From assembly GCA_902762505.1 (NCBI GenBank), contig CACWOQ010000004.1, positions 2,953 to 66,952 on the forward strand: 64,000 bases of DNA. The letters are read 5' to 3'. The DNA comes from an uncultured Ruminococcus sp. (GTDB lineage Bacteria; Bacillota; Clostridia; Oscillospirales; CAG-272). Made by a program: the position numbers and the translations under genes. The notes under the pieces were generated by a model. The model ran no database searches, was not told the origin of the DNA, and saw only the letters and a list, made by a program, of their open reading frames with translations. Shown here one piece after another: positions 37,756 to 46,788 of the stretch; position 1 is the stretch's first letter; every line of letters starts with the position of its first letter.

Positions 37756-37780
37756 AACGGGGAACTCTGTTCCCCGTTTT
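37756..37780 (+). terminator. Intrinsic terminator (belongs to the relic gene)
   Basis: AACGGGGAAC-TCT-GTTCCCCGTT then TT. Confidence 0.65.
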
Positions 37781-37900
37781 CCGTCAAAAAAGCGAATTTA
37801 CATAAAATTAACAAGAAAAAACGACACTTTTCGGGTGTTTTTTACGTTTATATAAGTGAGCGAAAAAACCAAAATTATAATGCAGCAAGGAGAATGCAAA

Positions 37901-38713
37901 ATGAAAACCAAAAGAATTGTCTCGCTGGTCCTTTCAGTCATAACGCTTTTTTTGACATTACCGTCCTTTTCCGTTGCAACCGATGGATTGACCATATCTG
38001 AAGCGGCGAGGCTTGTTCGCGGATTTGAAGAAGCATATCTTATGACTGTCGAGTCAAACAAGGCGCCTCTTTTCTGGCAAAAGGATAAAAACATAAGTTT
38101 AAGCTACGAATACCGATTATCGAATGACAATCCGCAGTATGAGGCAGACAACGTTGAAAGCGGCGCCAAGTTATATATGTGCATAATGGAAACGTATGAC
38201 GAACTCCTGCAAAAACTGAAGCTTACGTTTACCGACGAGATGTCGAAAAAGATACTGAACGACAGTCGGTTCATCTATATCGACGGTAAAGCATATTATC
38301 CGAGAATCTTTTTCGACCCCGGTAATTTTTACGTTATTTCCGACGATGAGAATACCGAGGTTCCACTTGAAGAGCGTATTACGATTGTTGATAACGGAGA
38401 CGGTAGGTATACCGTTCATTACAACTATTGGGCGCCTGTCGAGGATGATAATGAAAACCATAATTCTGACAAATGGCTGTTATCCGATGCAAGAGACGGT
38501 CAAATAGACATCGTAAAAACAGACGACGGATTCAGAGTGTATAAGTATGACGGACTGTTATTCAAATCCGATCCTTTAGCGGACAGAGGCTTACGTAAAA
38601 CGCGTTTATTGAGCGAATCCCCTCAAACCTCTGACGCGCCGGTGATCGCGGTATGCGCGCTGGCGCTTTCCGCCGCAGCGGCGGCAGTCGTTCTTCGGAA
38701 AAAGCGCGGCTGA
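37901..38713 (+). CDS. Small secreted surface protein with a C-terminal SPQTSD sorting-signal-like tail
   Basis: ATG at 37901 with AAGGAGAA upstream. Signal peptide ...LPSFSVA. C-terminus ESPQTSDAPVIAVCALALSAAAAAVVLRKKRG. Confidence 0.6.
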   Translation: MKTKRIVSLVLSVITLFLTLPSFSVATDGLTISEAARLVRGFEEAYLMTVESNKAPLFWQKDKNISLSYEYRLSNDNPQYEADNVESGAKLYMCIMETYDELLQKLKLTFTDEMSKKILNDSRFIYIDGKAYYPRIFFDPGNFYVISDDENTEVPLEERITIVDNGDGRYTVHYNYWAPVEDDNENHNSDKWLLSDARDGQIDIVKTDDGFRVYKYDGLLFKSDPLADRGLRKTRLLSESPQTSDAPVIAVCALALSAAAAAVVLRKKRG

Positions 38714-38726
38714 GACAAAATAACGG

Positions 38727-38759
38727 CAGACCGGGGTCATCCCGGTCTGTTTTGTGTTT
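38727..38759. terminator. Terminator between convergent genes
   Basis: CAGACCGGG-GTCAT-CCCGGTCTG then TTTTGTGTTT. Confidence 0.7.
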
Positions 38760-38765
38760 ACAGCT

Positions 38766-39620
38766 TTACCCGACGGTGCCCTGAAGCGTTATGACCGCCG
38801 TTCCCGGGACGACCGACGCCGAACCGTCCGGATTCTTCGTGAACTGAGCCGCGGGAACGGTTATAACGCCATCGCCCGTCTCGAACACTCCCGTCTGCGC
38901 GGAATAAGTGTACTGTCCGCCCTCTGTCCACGGAGCGCCGTTGTACGTCACGGAAAGGTCCGTCAGCACGGGCTGAACCGTATCGGTTATCACGGCGTTT
39001 TCACCGGCTCCGGCTTCCGCGTTGCCGTAGTTTTCGATCGTCAGCGTGTACGTGATGCTCTCGCCGGGCGATACCGTCAGCGGATCGAGCGTCTTCGACA
39101 CGGTGAGCACCGGTCCCTCCGTCACCGGGAGCGTATGCTCCGCCGTCACCGGCTGCGTAAGCTGCGCGCCGGTCAGGGATACTGTATTGACTATCGCGCC
39201 CGACGCCTGCAAAGGAGCGAAGCCGTTGACGAGCGCCGTGTATATGACCGTCGCTCCGCCGTTTCCGGGAACGTCTATCCCGGTGACCGTCAAAGGCGAC
39301 GTCTCCGTCACCGTGACGTCCGTCTGACGGACGCCGTTTTCGAGCACGAGCAGCGATCCCTCCTCGTATCCGAGAGGATAAAGAAGACCGCCCGGGCCTT
39401 CGTACGCGCCGAGATCGTCTTCAAGCGTCAGATCCGCAAGCGGCGCCGAGCACGTGTTTTGAAGCGTAACGATATACGTTATCCTGTCGCCCGAAGCGTA
39501 GGACTGCTGAAGCGACGTCTTTGCCGCGCTCAGACTTTCGACGATCTGTCCGGTCGTCGTATTTGAAAGCACCTGCGTGCCTCCGTACGTCAGAACAGCC
39601 TGGTTTGTGAATGTTGCCAT
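38766..39620 (-). CDS. DUF11 (conserved repeat domain) protein, two repeats, no signal peptide
   Basis: Preferred start is ATG 39620 (MATFTNQAVLTYGG...). LTVSKTLDPLTVSPGESITYTLTIENYGNAEAG is a typical DUF11 repeat core. The longer listed start adds a hydrophobic, unlikely extension. Confidence 0.6.
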   Translation of the reverse strand: MATFTNQAVLTYGGTQVLSNTTTGQIVESLSAAKTSLQQSYASGDRITYIVTLQNTCSAPLADLTLEDDLGAYEGPGGLLYPLGYEEGSLLVLENGVRQTDVTVTETSPLTVTGIDVPGNGGATVIYTALVNGFAPLQASGAIVNTVSLTGAQLTQPVTAEHTLPVTEGPVLTVSKTLDPLTVSPGESITYTLTIENYGNAEAGAGENAVITDTVQPVLTDLSVTYNGAPWTEGGQYTYSAQTGVFETGDGVITVPAAQFTKNPDGSASVVPGTAVITLQGTVG

Positions 39621-39786
39621 AAGTAAAATATTCCTTTCCGCGGTGCGTTTTCCCGCACCGTTACCATTATATGATGCAAAATTCAGCATTGATACAACTG
39701 TTTTTGCATCAATACTCTTGCTTTTTTCAAAAAAACGCGGTATAATCAATAATAGTATACAACTTTGTAAAGGAAGGAACACATAC

Positions 39787-42156
39787 ATGGCAGAAAACAA
39801 CAGACCCAACGGCAGGCAGAGAAACGTGACCGGTCAGGGTACCGGCGGTTACCGCCGCGGCGAAGGGCTCGGCACCGGACCCGTAGGCAATCAGAACGGT
39901 TATTCCGGCAGGACCGGTACCGGCGGAGGCGGCGGAGGTCAGACCACGCGCGCGTCCGGCGGTATGGGAAAAATAATCGGTATCATAATAGCCGTCGTTG
40001 CGGTGCTTGCGGGCGGAGGCGGACTTTCCCTTTCCGGAGTTTTGAATAACTTCCTCGGCGGCGGCACGCAGACGACGACGGACACCTCGGCTCTGACAAG
40101 CCTTCTGTCCGGCTTCACCTCGTCCAACGTATCGACCGGCTGGACAGACAGCGGCTCGAACAACACCGTAAAACCCGTAAACACGAGCGTTGCGAAGGGC
40201 GCGCGTGAAAAATACACGACTGTCATCGGCGGCGGCAAGGACGTCGTCACGCTCATGGTGTATATGTGCGGTACGGATCTCGAATCCAAGTACGCGATGG
40301 CGAGCAAGGATATGCAGGAAATGGCTGCCGCCTCGCTGTCGGACAAAGTCAATATTATCATCTACACGGGCGGCTGCTCGCAGTGGCAGACGAAAGGGAT
40401 AAGCAACACCGTCAGTCAGATCTATAAAATAGAGAACGGCGGACTCAGGCAGCTCGTCGCGGACGACGGCAAAAAAGCGATGACGGATCCCGCCACGCTC
40501 ACCTCGTTCATAAAATACTGCAGCGAAAACTATCCCGCCAACAGATATGATCTCATCATGTGGGACCACGGCGGCGGAACGACCGGCGGCTTCGGCTACG
40601 ATCAGCTCTTCTCAAACAAAGGCGCGATGGGCATAGCCTCCATCAACACGGCGCTCAAAAACGCGGGCGTGAAATTCGACTTCGTCGGCTTTGACGCGTG
40701 TCTGATGGCAACGGCGGAAAACGCTCTCATGCTGACCTCCCACGCGGACTATCTCATAGCGAGCGAGGAGACGGAGCCGGGCGTCGGCTGGTATTACACC
40801 AGATGGCTCACCGAGCTTTCCAAAAACACCTCTCTTCCCACTACGACCGTCGGTCAGATGATCGTAGACGATTTCGTCGACACCTGCAACAAGCAGTGCA
40901 AGGGTCAGAAAACGACGCTTTCCCTGATCGACTTAGCCGAGCTTCAGGAAACCGTCCCCGAAAGCCTCAATGAATTTGCAAAATCGACGACAGCCCTCAT
41001 AAAGGCTGACGATTATCAGGTCGTTTCGGACGCGAGATCGAACACGCGTGAATTCGCGACGTCGTCAAAGCGCGACCTCGTAGACCTCGTGCATCTTGCG
41101 CAGAATATGAACACGAAGGAAGGCAAAGCCCTTGCCGACGTGATCCTTTCCGCGGTAAAATACAACCGTACCTCATCCGAGATGACGAACTCCTACGGTA
41201 TGTCGATCTACTTCCCGTACAACAGCACGAACAAGGTTGACACCGCCGTATCTCAGTACAACGCGATAGGCATGGACGGCGATTACGCCGAGTGCATCAG
41301 ACAGTTTGCGGCGGTGGAATCCGCGGGTCAGCAGGTTTCCGCGGCGAACGGCGGCTCCTCCTCCCCGATCTCCTCCCTGCTCGGCAACTTCGTATCGTCC
41401 GGCACGCAGTCGACCGATATGATCTCCTCCCTGCTCGGAAGCTTTCTCGGCGGCTCCTCCGCCCGTGATTCCGAGTACCTGCAGGTTCTCGACAGCGGCG
41501 CGGCGGCTTCCTACATCGCCGGACATCAGTTCGACACGTCCAATCTCCGCTGGAAGATCTCCGGCAGCAAAAAGGTCATGGCGCTCGATATCGAGCAGTG
41601 GAAGCTCGTCAACGACCTTGAGCTCAACGTATTCATCGACGACGGCGAGGGCTTCATCGACCTCGGTCTTGATCCCGTGTTCGAATTTGACGAGGACGGA
41701 TCACTCATAGGCGAATATGAAGGCACGTGGATGGCGATAAATAATCAGATCGTCGCATCGTATCACGTCGACACGACTTATATAAACAACGGCAATTACA
41801 GATACACGTACAGGATCCCCGTAATGCTCAACGGTCAGCGCGCGGATCTTATCGCCGTGTTCGATAACGAGACTCCGGACGGCTACGTTGCCGGCGCGAG
41901 GATCGACTACAGAAACGGCGAGACGGAAGCCGAAGCGAAGCTTACTCAGCTTCAGGACGGCGACGTTATAGACTTTCTGTGCGATTATTACAAATACGAC
42001 GGAACGTACAGCGACAGCTATATGTTCGGCGAACGGCTCACCGTTAACGGCGCGCTTTCCGTAAGCGACGTATATCTGCCCGCGGGCACAAAGACGAGCG
42101 CGGTATACCGCTTCACCGACATCTACGGTCAGACTTACTGGACGCCCGAAATGTGA
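39787..42156 (+). CDS. Clostripain-family (C11) cysteine peptidase, type II membrane topology with a Gly/Arg-rich cytoplasmic N-terminus
   Basis: ATG at 39787 (AAGGAAGG upstream). One TM helix, IIGIIIAVVAVLAGGG. MVYMCGTDLES...IIYTGG...LIMWDHGGG...FVGFDACLMAT...LIASEETEPGVGWYY are C11 His/Cys blocks. Confidence 0.8.
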   Translation: MAENNRPNGRQRNVTGQGTGGYRRGEGLGTGPVGNQNGYSGRTGTGGGGGGQTTRASGGMGKIIGIIIAVVAVLAGGGGLSLSGVLNNFLGGGTQTTTDTSALTSLLSGFTSSNVSTGWTDSGSNNTVKPVNTSVAKGAREKYTTVIGGGKDVVTLMVYMCGTDLESKYAMASKDMQEMAAASLSDKVNIIIYTGGCSQWQTKGISNTVSQIYKIENGGLRQLVADDGKKAMTDPATLTSFIKYCSENYPANRYDLIMWDHGGGTTGGFGYDQLFSNKGAMGIASINTALKNAGVKFDFVGFDACLMATAENALMLTSHADYLIASEETEPGVGWYYTRWLTELSKNTSLPTTTVGQMIVDDFVDTCNKQCKGQKTTLSLIDLAELQETVPESLNEFAKSTTALIKADDYQVVSDARSNTREFATSSKRDLVDLVHLAQNMNTKEGKALADVILSAVKYNRTSSEMTNSYGMSIYFPYNSTNKVDTAVSQYNAIGMDGDYAECIRQFAAVESAGQQVSAANGGSSSPISSLLGNFVSSGTQSTDMISSLLGSFLGGSSARDSEYLQVLDSGAAASYIAGHQFDTSNLRWKISGSKKVMALDIEQWKLVNDLELNVFIDDGEGFIDLGLDPVFEFDEDGSLIGEYEGTWMAINNQIVASYHVDTTYINNGNYRYTYRIPVMLNGQRADLIAVFDNETPDGYVAGARIDYRNGETEAEAKLTQLQDGDVIDFLCDYYKYDGTYSDSYMFGERLTVNGALSVSDVYLPAGTKTSAVYRFTDIYGQTYWTPEM

Positions 42157-42169
42157 CCGTCAAACGCGG

Positions 42170-42207
42170 CAAGGTTCCCGGAAAACTACCGGGAACCTTG
42201 TTTTTTT
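42170..42207 (+). terminator. Intrinsic terminator
   Basis: 12-bp stem CAAGGTTCCCGG / CCGGGAACCTTG, then TTTTTTT. Confidence 0.8.
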
Positions 42208-42617
42208 CATCTGTAACCGTCTTCAAAAGCCGGGTACGTCGATTTGTCCCGCCTGATGCTTCCGAGAAAGGCTCCGAGCGTCGCCGCGCCCGCCGCCGCG
42301 GGGAGCAGTCCCCAGCTTATCTTTCCGGGGACGATCAGCGCCACGGCGATCACGACCGAGATAAACATCGCACCGCCCGCCAGACCCGACAGAAACGGAG
42401 CTTCGTCCGTGCATTTTCCGCCGATGAAGCCGCCCGTCATACAGCAGAAAAGCAGTATGAACAGTCCTATACCGGAATGCGCCGCCGGATCTCTTGTTTT
42501 GAGTAAGAGCGCCGAGCAGACGAGCAAAAGCAGCGCCGCCGAAGCGACCGCCGAAGCGCCGCCGAGCGCGGCGGACGGCAGCGCCGACAGCTTTCTGTTA
42601 CCGTTTTCGATTCGCAT
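42207..42617 (-). CDS. Small four-TM membrane protein (resembles the TIGR04086 family often found next to yajC)
   Basis: 136 aa with four Gly/Ala-rich hydrophobic helices. Immediately downstream of yajC on the same strand. Family assignment is tentative. Confidence 0.45.
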   Translation of the reverse strand: MRIENGNRKLSALPSAALGGASAVASAALLLLVCSALLLKTRDPAAHSGIGLFILLFCCMTGGFIGGKCTDEAPFLSGLAGGAMFISVVIAVALIVPGKISWGLLPAAAGAATLGAFLGSIRRDKSTYPAFEDGYR

Positions 42618-42678
42618 GAAAAAAGACCTCCCATCCGTTGATTTCCGTCAACAGGATATGAGGTCCGTTTCATTTTTA

Positions 42679-43026
42679 TTACTTCTTTGTTTCTTCCGTC
42701 TGAGTCTCGCCGAGTTTTTTGTCGACGCGCGCGATGGAGGATTTGAGTATGCGGAGCTTCGTGCAGTCGCCGGACGTGCCGATGACCACGGTCTCGTCGG
42801 ATATGCTGAGTATCCTGCCGACGATGCCGCCCGCCGTCGTTATCTCGTCGCCTACTCCGAGTCCGCTTCTCATCTGAGCCTCTTCCTTCTCACGCTTCCT
42901 CTGCGGACGGATCATAAGGAAGTACATCGCCGCGAGCAGCGCAACTATCAAAAGTCCCGAGGTGAGGAACTGGGTCCAGTTGGCGCCGGTACCGGCGGCT
43001 GCGGTAAGTGAAACAAAATTTATCAT
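42679..43026 (-). CDS. yajC: Preprotein translocase subunit YajC
   Basis: ATG at 43026 with AAAGGAGAA upstream. A single TM helix followed by MIRPQRKREKE...GDEITTAGGIVGRI..., the characteristic YajC core. Confidence 0.85.
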   Translation of the reverse strand: MINFVSLTAAAGTGANWTQFLTSGLLIVALLAAMYFLMIRPQRKREKEEAQMRSGLGVGDEITTAGGIVGRILSISDETVVIGTSGDCTKLRILKSSIARVDKKLGETQTEETKK

Positions 43027-43186
43027 TTGGGTTCTCCTTTTACGTTCTGTACGTATGATTATACGACGCCGCGCAGCGCATTGCAATACGTTTATGTAAA
43101 TTTTTATCTTACCGATTTACGAATTGTGTTGACATAAGGATTATTTTGTGCTATCATAACAAGCAGACAGTAAAGGAGGGATCCAT

Positions 43187-44521
43187 ATGAAAAAACTTAT
43201 ACAGGCAGCGGCGCTTCTCATCTGCGCGCTGCTTCTCTGCCCGCACGTGTCGGCGGAAGGCGGCGCCGTCATGCTCGGCGACAGGGGCGACCTCATAACG
43301 GCGCGCGAAAGTCTCGACGGGCTGGGGCTGAACAAAGCCCATTCCGGCGAGGAAATAACGGTTTGGGAGCTTTCGTTCGACAAGGGCCTGGGCTTTCATT
43401 GCCTGCCTGACAAAGACGCTTATCTTGAATTCGACATTTCGTCGCTTAACAAAAAATATTTTTCCGCCACGGTCGGCGTTCTGCAGAAAGCGTCGTATTA
43501 TATCGAACTCGGCGATATCGCGTTCAGCGTCTACGGTGACGGAGAGCTCCTCACAAAGACCGACGTCATATCGTGGAACATGAAGCCGGCTTATATCTGC
43601 GTCAACGTCGAGGGCGTCAAAACTCTCCGCCTCGTCGAAAGCAACGGCGGCAACTACGCCTGCGACGCCGGAGTCTGGGGCGACGCAATGCTGACGGACG
43701 AGAAACCGGAGGCTCCCGAATGGACGAAGCCGAAGGGCGGCTTCGACCGGGACAAAACAGATCTGCCGCAGCCGGCGGAGGCGGTTTCGGGCGATATCGC
43801 CTACGTGAGCGACCTTTATTTTCTCGACAGCAAAACGTATTCCGGCAACGTGGTGGGGCGCGACTGCAACACCGCGAACGAGATAATTTTCTCAACGGAC
43901 GGTAAATTTTTCAGCAAGGGCGTGGGCTTCCACGCCTCCTCGGGTGAATACACCTCGTTCTGCGACGTGAACATAGAGGGGCTGGGCTTCACGAAATTCG
44001 CCGCGTACGTCGGCGTCTGCGAGACGCTTTCGCCGCACGACATCTCCATGGCTGCGGTCAGATTCGCGCTTTTCGGCGACGGTGTCAAGCTCTGGGAAAG
44101 CGGAGTGCAGAAATACGGTCAGCCGATGAGTCCGATGACGGCTGACATAACCGGCGTAAGGGTCCTGCGTCTCGCCGTCTGCGGCGCGCCTTCGATCAGC
44201 GGCGCGTGGGCTACGTGGGGCGGCGCGGTGATGAGCAAGAGCGGACAGATACCCGACGACAAAATATACAGCGAACAGAACATAGAAGATATTTTCGACA
44301 CCTCGGTCCCCGACAGTCAGACGGAGCCTCAGACGTCCGCGGTAGAAGACACGGAGCCTGAAAGCGAACCGCAGACCGTGACGGACGCGCCCGAGACTGC
44401 GCCTGTCACGGAAAAACGCGGAGGCTCGACAAAGCTGCCCGTGATCGTCGCCGTTTGCGCGGTTGTCTGTGCGGCTGTCGTATGCGCCGCGGTTTTCGCG
44501 GTCAGAAAGAAAAGAAAGTGA
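43187..44521 (+). CDS. Secreted protein with tandem NPCBM/NEW2-like carbohydrate-binding modules and a C-terminal TM anchor
   Basis: Signal peptide. Two repeats of the pattern ...KG(L/V)GFH...(F/A)(S/A)A(T/Y)VGV...(I/V)(A/R)F(S/A)(V/L)(Y/F)GDG..L, with YVSDLYFLD before the second. Tail LPVIVAVCAVVCAAVVCAAVFAVRKKRK. Confidence 0.65.
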   Translation: MKKLIQAAALLICALLLCPHVSAEGGAVMLGDRGDLITARESLDGLGLNKAHSGEEITVWELSFDKGLGFHCLPDKDAYLEFDISSLNKKYFSATVGVLQKASYYIELGDIAFSVYGDGELLTKTDVISWNMKPAYICVNVEGVKTLRLVESNGGNYACDAGVWGDAMLTDEKPEAPEWTKPKGGFDRDKTDLPQPAEAVSGDIAYVSDLYFLDSKTYSGNVVGRDCNTANEIIFSTDGKFFSKGVGFHASSGEYTSFCDVNIEGLGFTKFAAYVGVCETLSPHDISMAAVRFALFGDGVKLWESGVQKYGQPMSPMTADITGVRVLRLAVCGAPSISGAWATWGGAVMSKSGQIPDDKIYSEQNIEDIFDTSVPDSQTEPQTSAVEDTEPESEPQTVTDAPETAPVTEKRGGSTKLPVIVAVCAVVCAAVVCAAVFAVRKKRK

Positions 44522-44533
44522 GGAGAAGCCGTC

Positions 44534-46642
44534 ATGAAAATACGCACTTTAATATGCATGCTGCTTTGTCTGCTTTTTATAGCCGGCTGTAACGGCACGG
44601 ATCCGGCAACAGACGCCGTCACCGACGGCACGGACACCGTTACCGCGGCGCCTTCGACCAACACGGATACCGTCCCTTCGACCGAACCTGAGTCAGAGCC
44701 CGCCGAAAACCCGGCGGAATACGACGAGCTGCTGTCCTCACCTGCTGATTTTCCGATCCGCTTCTCATACGACGGAAAAGAATACTCCGGCTTCGGCGGC
44801 TTTACCGTCGAATCTGACGAGGTGACGCCGGTCGACCGCGGGACCTCCACGGTCACCGTTTACCGCAGCCCCGAGATACCGGCTAAATTCACGCTCAAAA
44901 CAAACGTATACCCAAACGAGAGCGCTTACGAGTACGTCGTATACGTTGAAAACGACGGAGATACCGACACGGGCGTTTTCTCCGATCTGCGCTTCGAGAT
45001 AACGTTCGACGGCGACAACGCGCGCGTTTACGGCATAAGAGGCGACGCCGGCGGGAACAACTACAAACAGTACACCTACGATATAGCAAAGCACGGAAAA
45101 TTCTCCGACAAATCGACCTCGGGCCGTCCCACGCACGGAGTTTTCCCGTATTACAAGCTCCGCCACGGTGACGGCGGCACGTTCATAGCGATAGGCTGGC
45201 CCGGAAGATGGCACGCCGATTTCGTATACGACAAGGAAAGCAGATCGACTACACTTACTGCCGGTCAGAACACGCTGAACACGAAGCTTCTGCCCGGTGA
45301 GACGATCCGCACGCCGCTTATGGGCTTCGTCGAATACAAGGGCGGAGACGACGACGAGCATACGAACATCTGGCGCAGATACTACATAAACGACGTCATG
45401 AGAAAGATCGACGGCGGACTTACCCCGATATATACGGGTATTTCGAGCATGTCTGCGGGGATGACGACGTCAAAATTCCTTCTCTTGTGCCGCGCGTTCA
45501 ACGCTCACGGTCTGCATCCCGATCTGCTCTGGATGGACGCCGGCTGGTACACCGGCGCCTCGGGCGAGCCGGTCGGCTGGCCCTCGACCGGAACTCTCAA
45601 CGTCGACACCTCACGCTTCCCCGACAGATTCGCGGATATCGGCGCGTACGGCAAGGAGCACAACGTCAGAACGCTTTTGTGGTTCGAGCCCGAGTGCATG
45701 AGGCTTGACAAGACGGCGTTTCTGAAAAGCGCGCCCGGCTTTGAAGGCGACTGGCTTCTGAATATCAACGGCGGTGCAGGTCTCGGCGGACTTCTGTTCG
45801 ACCTCGGAGAGCCCGGGTGCCGCGAATGGATATTCGAAAGGATCTGCAAGGTCATCGACGACGGCGGCATCACCGGTTACCGTCAGGACTTCAACAGCGA
45901 TCCCGCCTCCGCCTGGGACAGCAAGTACAAGAAACAGAAGGACCGCGCGGGCATTGCCGAGAATCAGTACGTGCAGGGTTATCTCAGGCTCTGGGACGAT
46001 ATAATCGCACGTTATCCCGGTATTTATATGGATTCCTGCGCGTCGGGCGGCGGCAGGAACGACCTCGAGTCGATGAAGCGCGCCGTGCCGCTCCACTATA
46101 CGGACTGGTTCGACGGCAACCACGAGGATTACGATATGAAATCCCGCATGACGCAGGCTCTGTTCGCGTGGTTCCCGTATTTCAAAAACGAGATATACCG
46201 CGTGGATTCGTCGTATAAAACGCGTATGAATTACGCTCCGCTTTCCCTGCTCAATCTGCCGAGCGTTCTCGACAAGGACGCGAACTGGGAGCTTATCACG
46301 GAGGCGTATTCAGAGCACGACAAGGTGGCGCCGTACTTCTACGCGGACTACTACCAGCTCGTCAAATGGTCTGAGAAAGCGAACAGATGGAACGGCTGGG
46401 AATTTTACGATCCGTCGACCGGCTCGGGCGTCGCCTCCCTGTTCTGTCACGAGACGACAAAAACGCTGACGACGACAGTACAGCTCAAAGGCGTCGACCC
46501 GGACAAAACGTATCGCGTATACGACGCGGACGGTCTGATAGATATTACGGCAAAGGGCTCCTCGCTTCTTACCGACGGAATCACCGTAACGGTGCCGGAG
46601 CAGCCCTACGGCGTTCTGATCTATATAACGCCGGCAAACTGA
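44534..46642 (+). CDS. GH36-like alpha-galactosidase-family lipoprotein
   Basis: Lipobox LFIAGC. LLWMDAGWY, GYRQDFN and MDSCASGGGRNDLE resemble the GH36 catalytic blocks (KWDMN / CSSGGGR). Confidence 0.6.
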   Translation: MKIRTLICMLLCLLFIAGCNGTDPATDAVTDGTDTVTAAPSTNTDTVPSTEPESEPAENPAEYDELLSSPADFPIRFSYDGKEYSGFGGFTVESDEVTPVDRGTSTVTVYRSPEIPAKFTLKTNVYPNESAYEYVVYVENDGDTDTGVFSDLRFEITFDGDNARVYGIRGDAGGNNYKQYTYDIAKHGKFSDKSTSGRPTHGVFPYYKLRHGDGGTFIAIGWPGRWHADFVYDKESRSTTLTAGQNTLNTKLLPGETIRTPLMGFVEYKGGDDDEHTNIWRRYYINDVMRKIDGGLTPIYTGISSMSAGMTTSKFLLLCRAFNAHGLHPDLLWMDAGWYTGASGEPVGWPSTGTLNVDTSRFPDRFADIGAYGKEHNVRTLLWFEPECMRLDKTAFLKSAPGFEGDWLLNINGGAGLGGLLFDLGEPGCREWIFERICKVIDDGGITGYRQDFNSDPASAWDSKYKKQKDRAGIAENQYVQGYLRLWDDIIARYPGIYMDSCASGGGRNDLESMKRAVPLHYTDWFDGNHEDYDMKSRMTQALFAWFPYFKNEIYRVDSSYKTRMNYAPLSLLNLPSVLDKDANWELITEAYSEHDKVAPYFYADYYQLVKWSEKANRWNGWEFYDPSTGSGVASLFCHETTKTLTTTVQLKGVDPDKTYRVYDADGLIDITAKGSSLLTDGITVTVPEQPYGVLIYITPAN

Positions 46643-46655
46643 TGCCGATCATCCT

Positions 46656-46683
46656 GCTCCCCCTTCTGGGGGAGCTTTTGTTT
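46656..46683 (+). terminator. Intrinsic terminator
   Basis: GCTCCCCC-TTCT-GGGGGAGC then TTTTGTTT. Confidence 0.8.
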
Positions 46684-46727
46684 ACCGTTTTTTCGTCATT
46701 CTTTATGTTTTATACTTAATATTGTTC

Positions 46728-46756
46728 TTGACATAAGCGTCGTAATTTGTTATAAT
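46728..46756 (+). promoter_or_regulatory. Consensus sigma-A promoter
   Basis: TTGACA, 17 nt, TATAAT, 33 nt upstream of the CotH-family gene start. Confidence 0.7.
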
Positions 46757-46788
46757 AAGTCGAATAATACGGAAAAGACGGTAAAATC

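Noticed and set aside
39577-39786. 70-aa N-terminal extension of the C11 peptidase, and a 63-aa extension of the DUF11 gene (39621..39809).
   Set aside because: The extensions run through the shared AT-rich divergent promoter region and overlap each other on opposite strands. Internal ATGs with RBS-like purine tracts give sensible N-termini.
42244-43011. 255-aa plus-strand ORF spanning two minus-strand genes.
   Set aside because: It crosses the intergenic gap between the small membrane protein and yajC on the opposite strand. yajC has a strong RBS and a canonical sequence, so the plus-strand ORF is an artefact.
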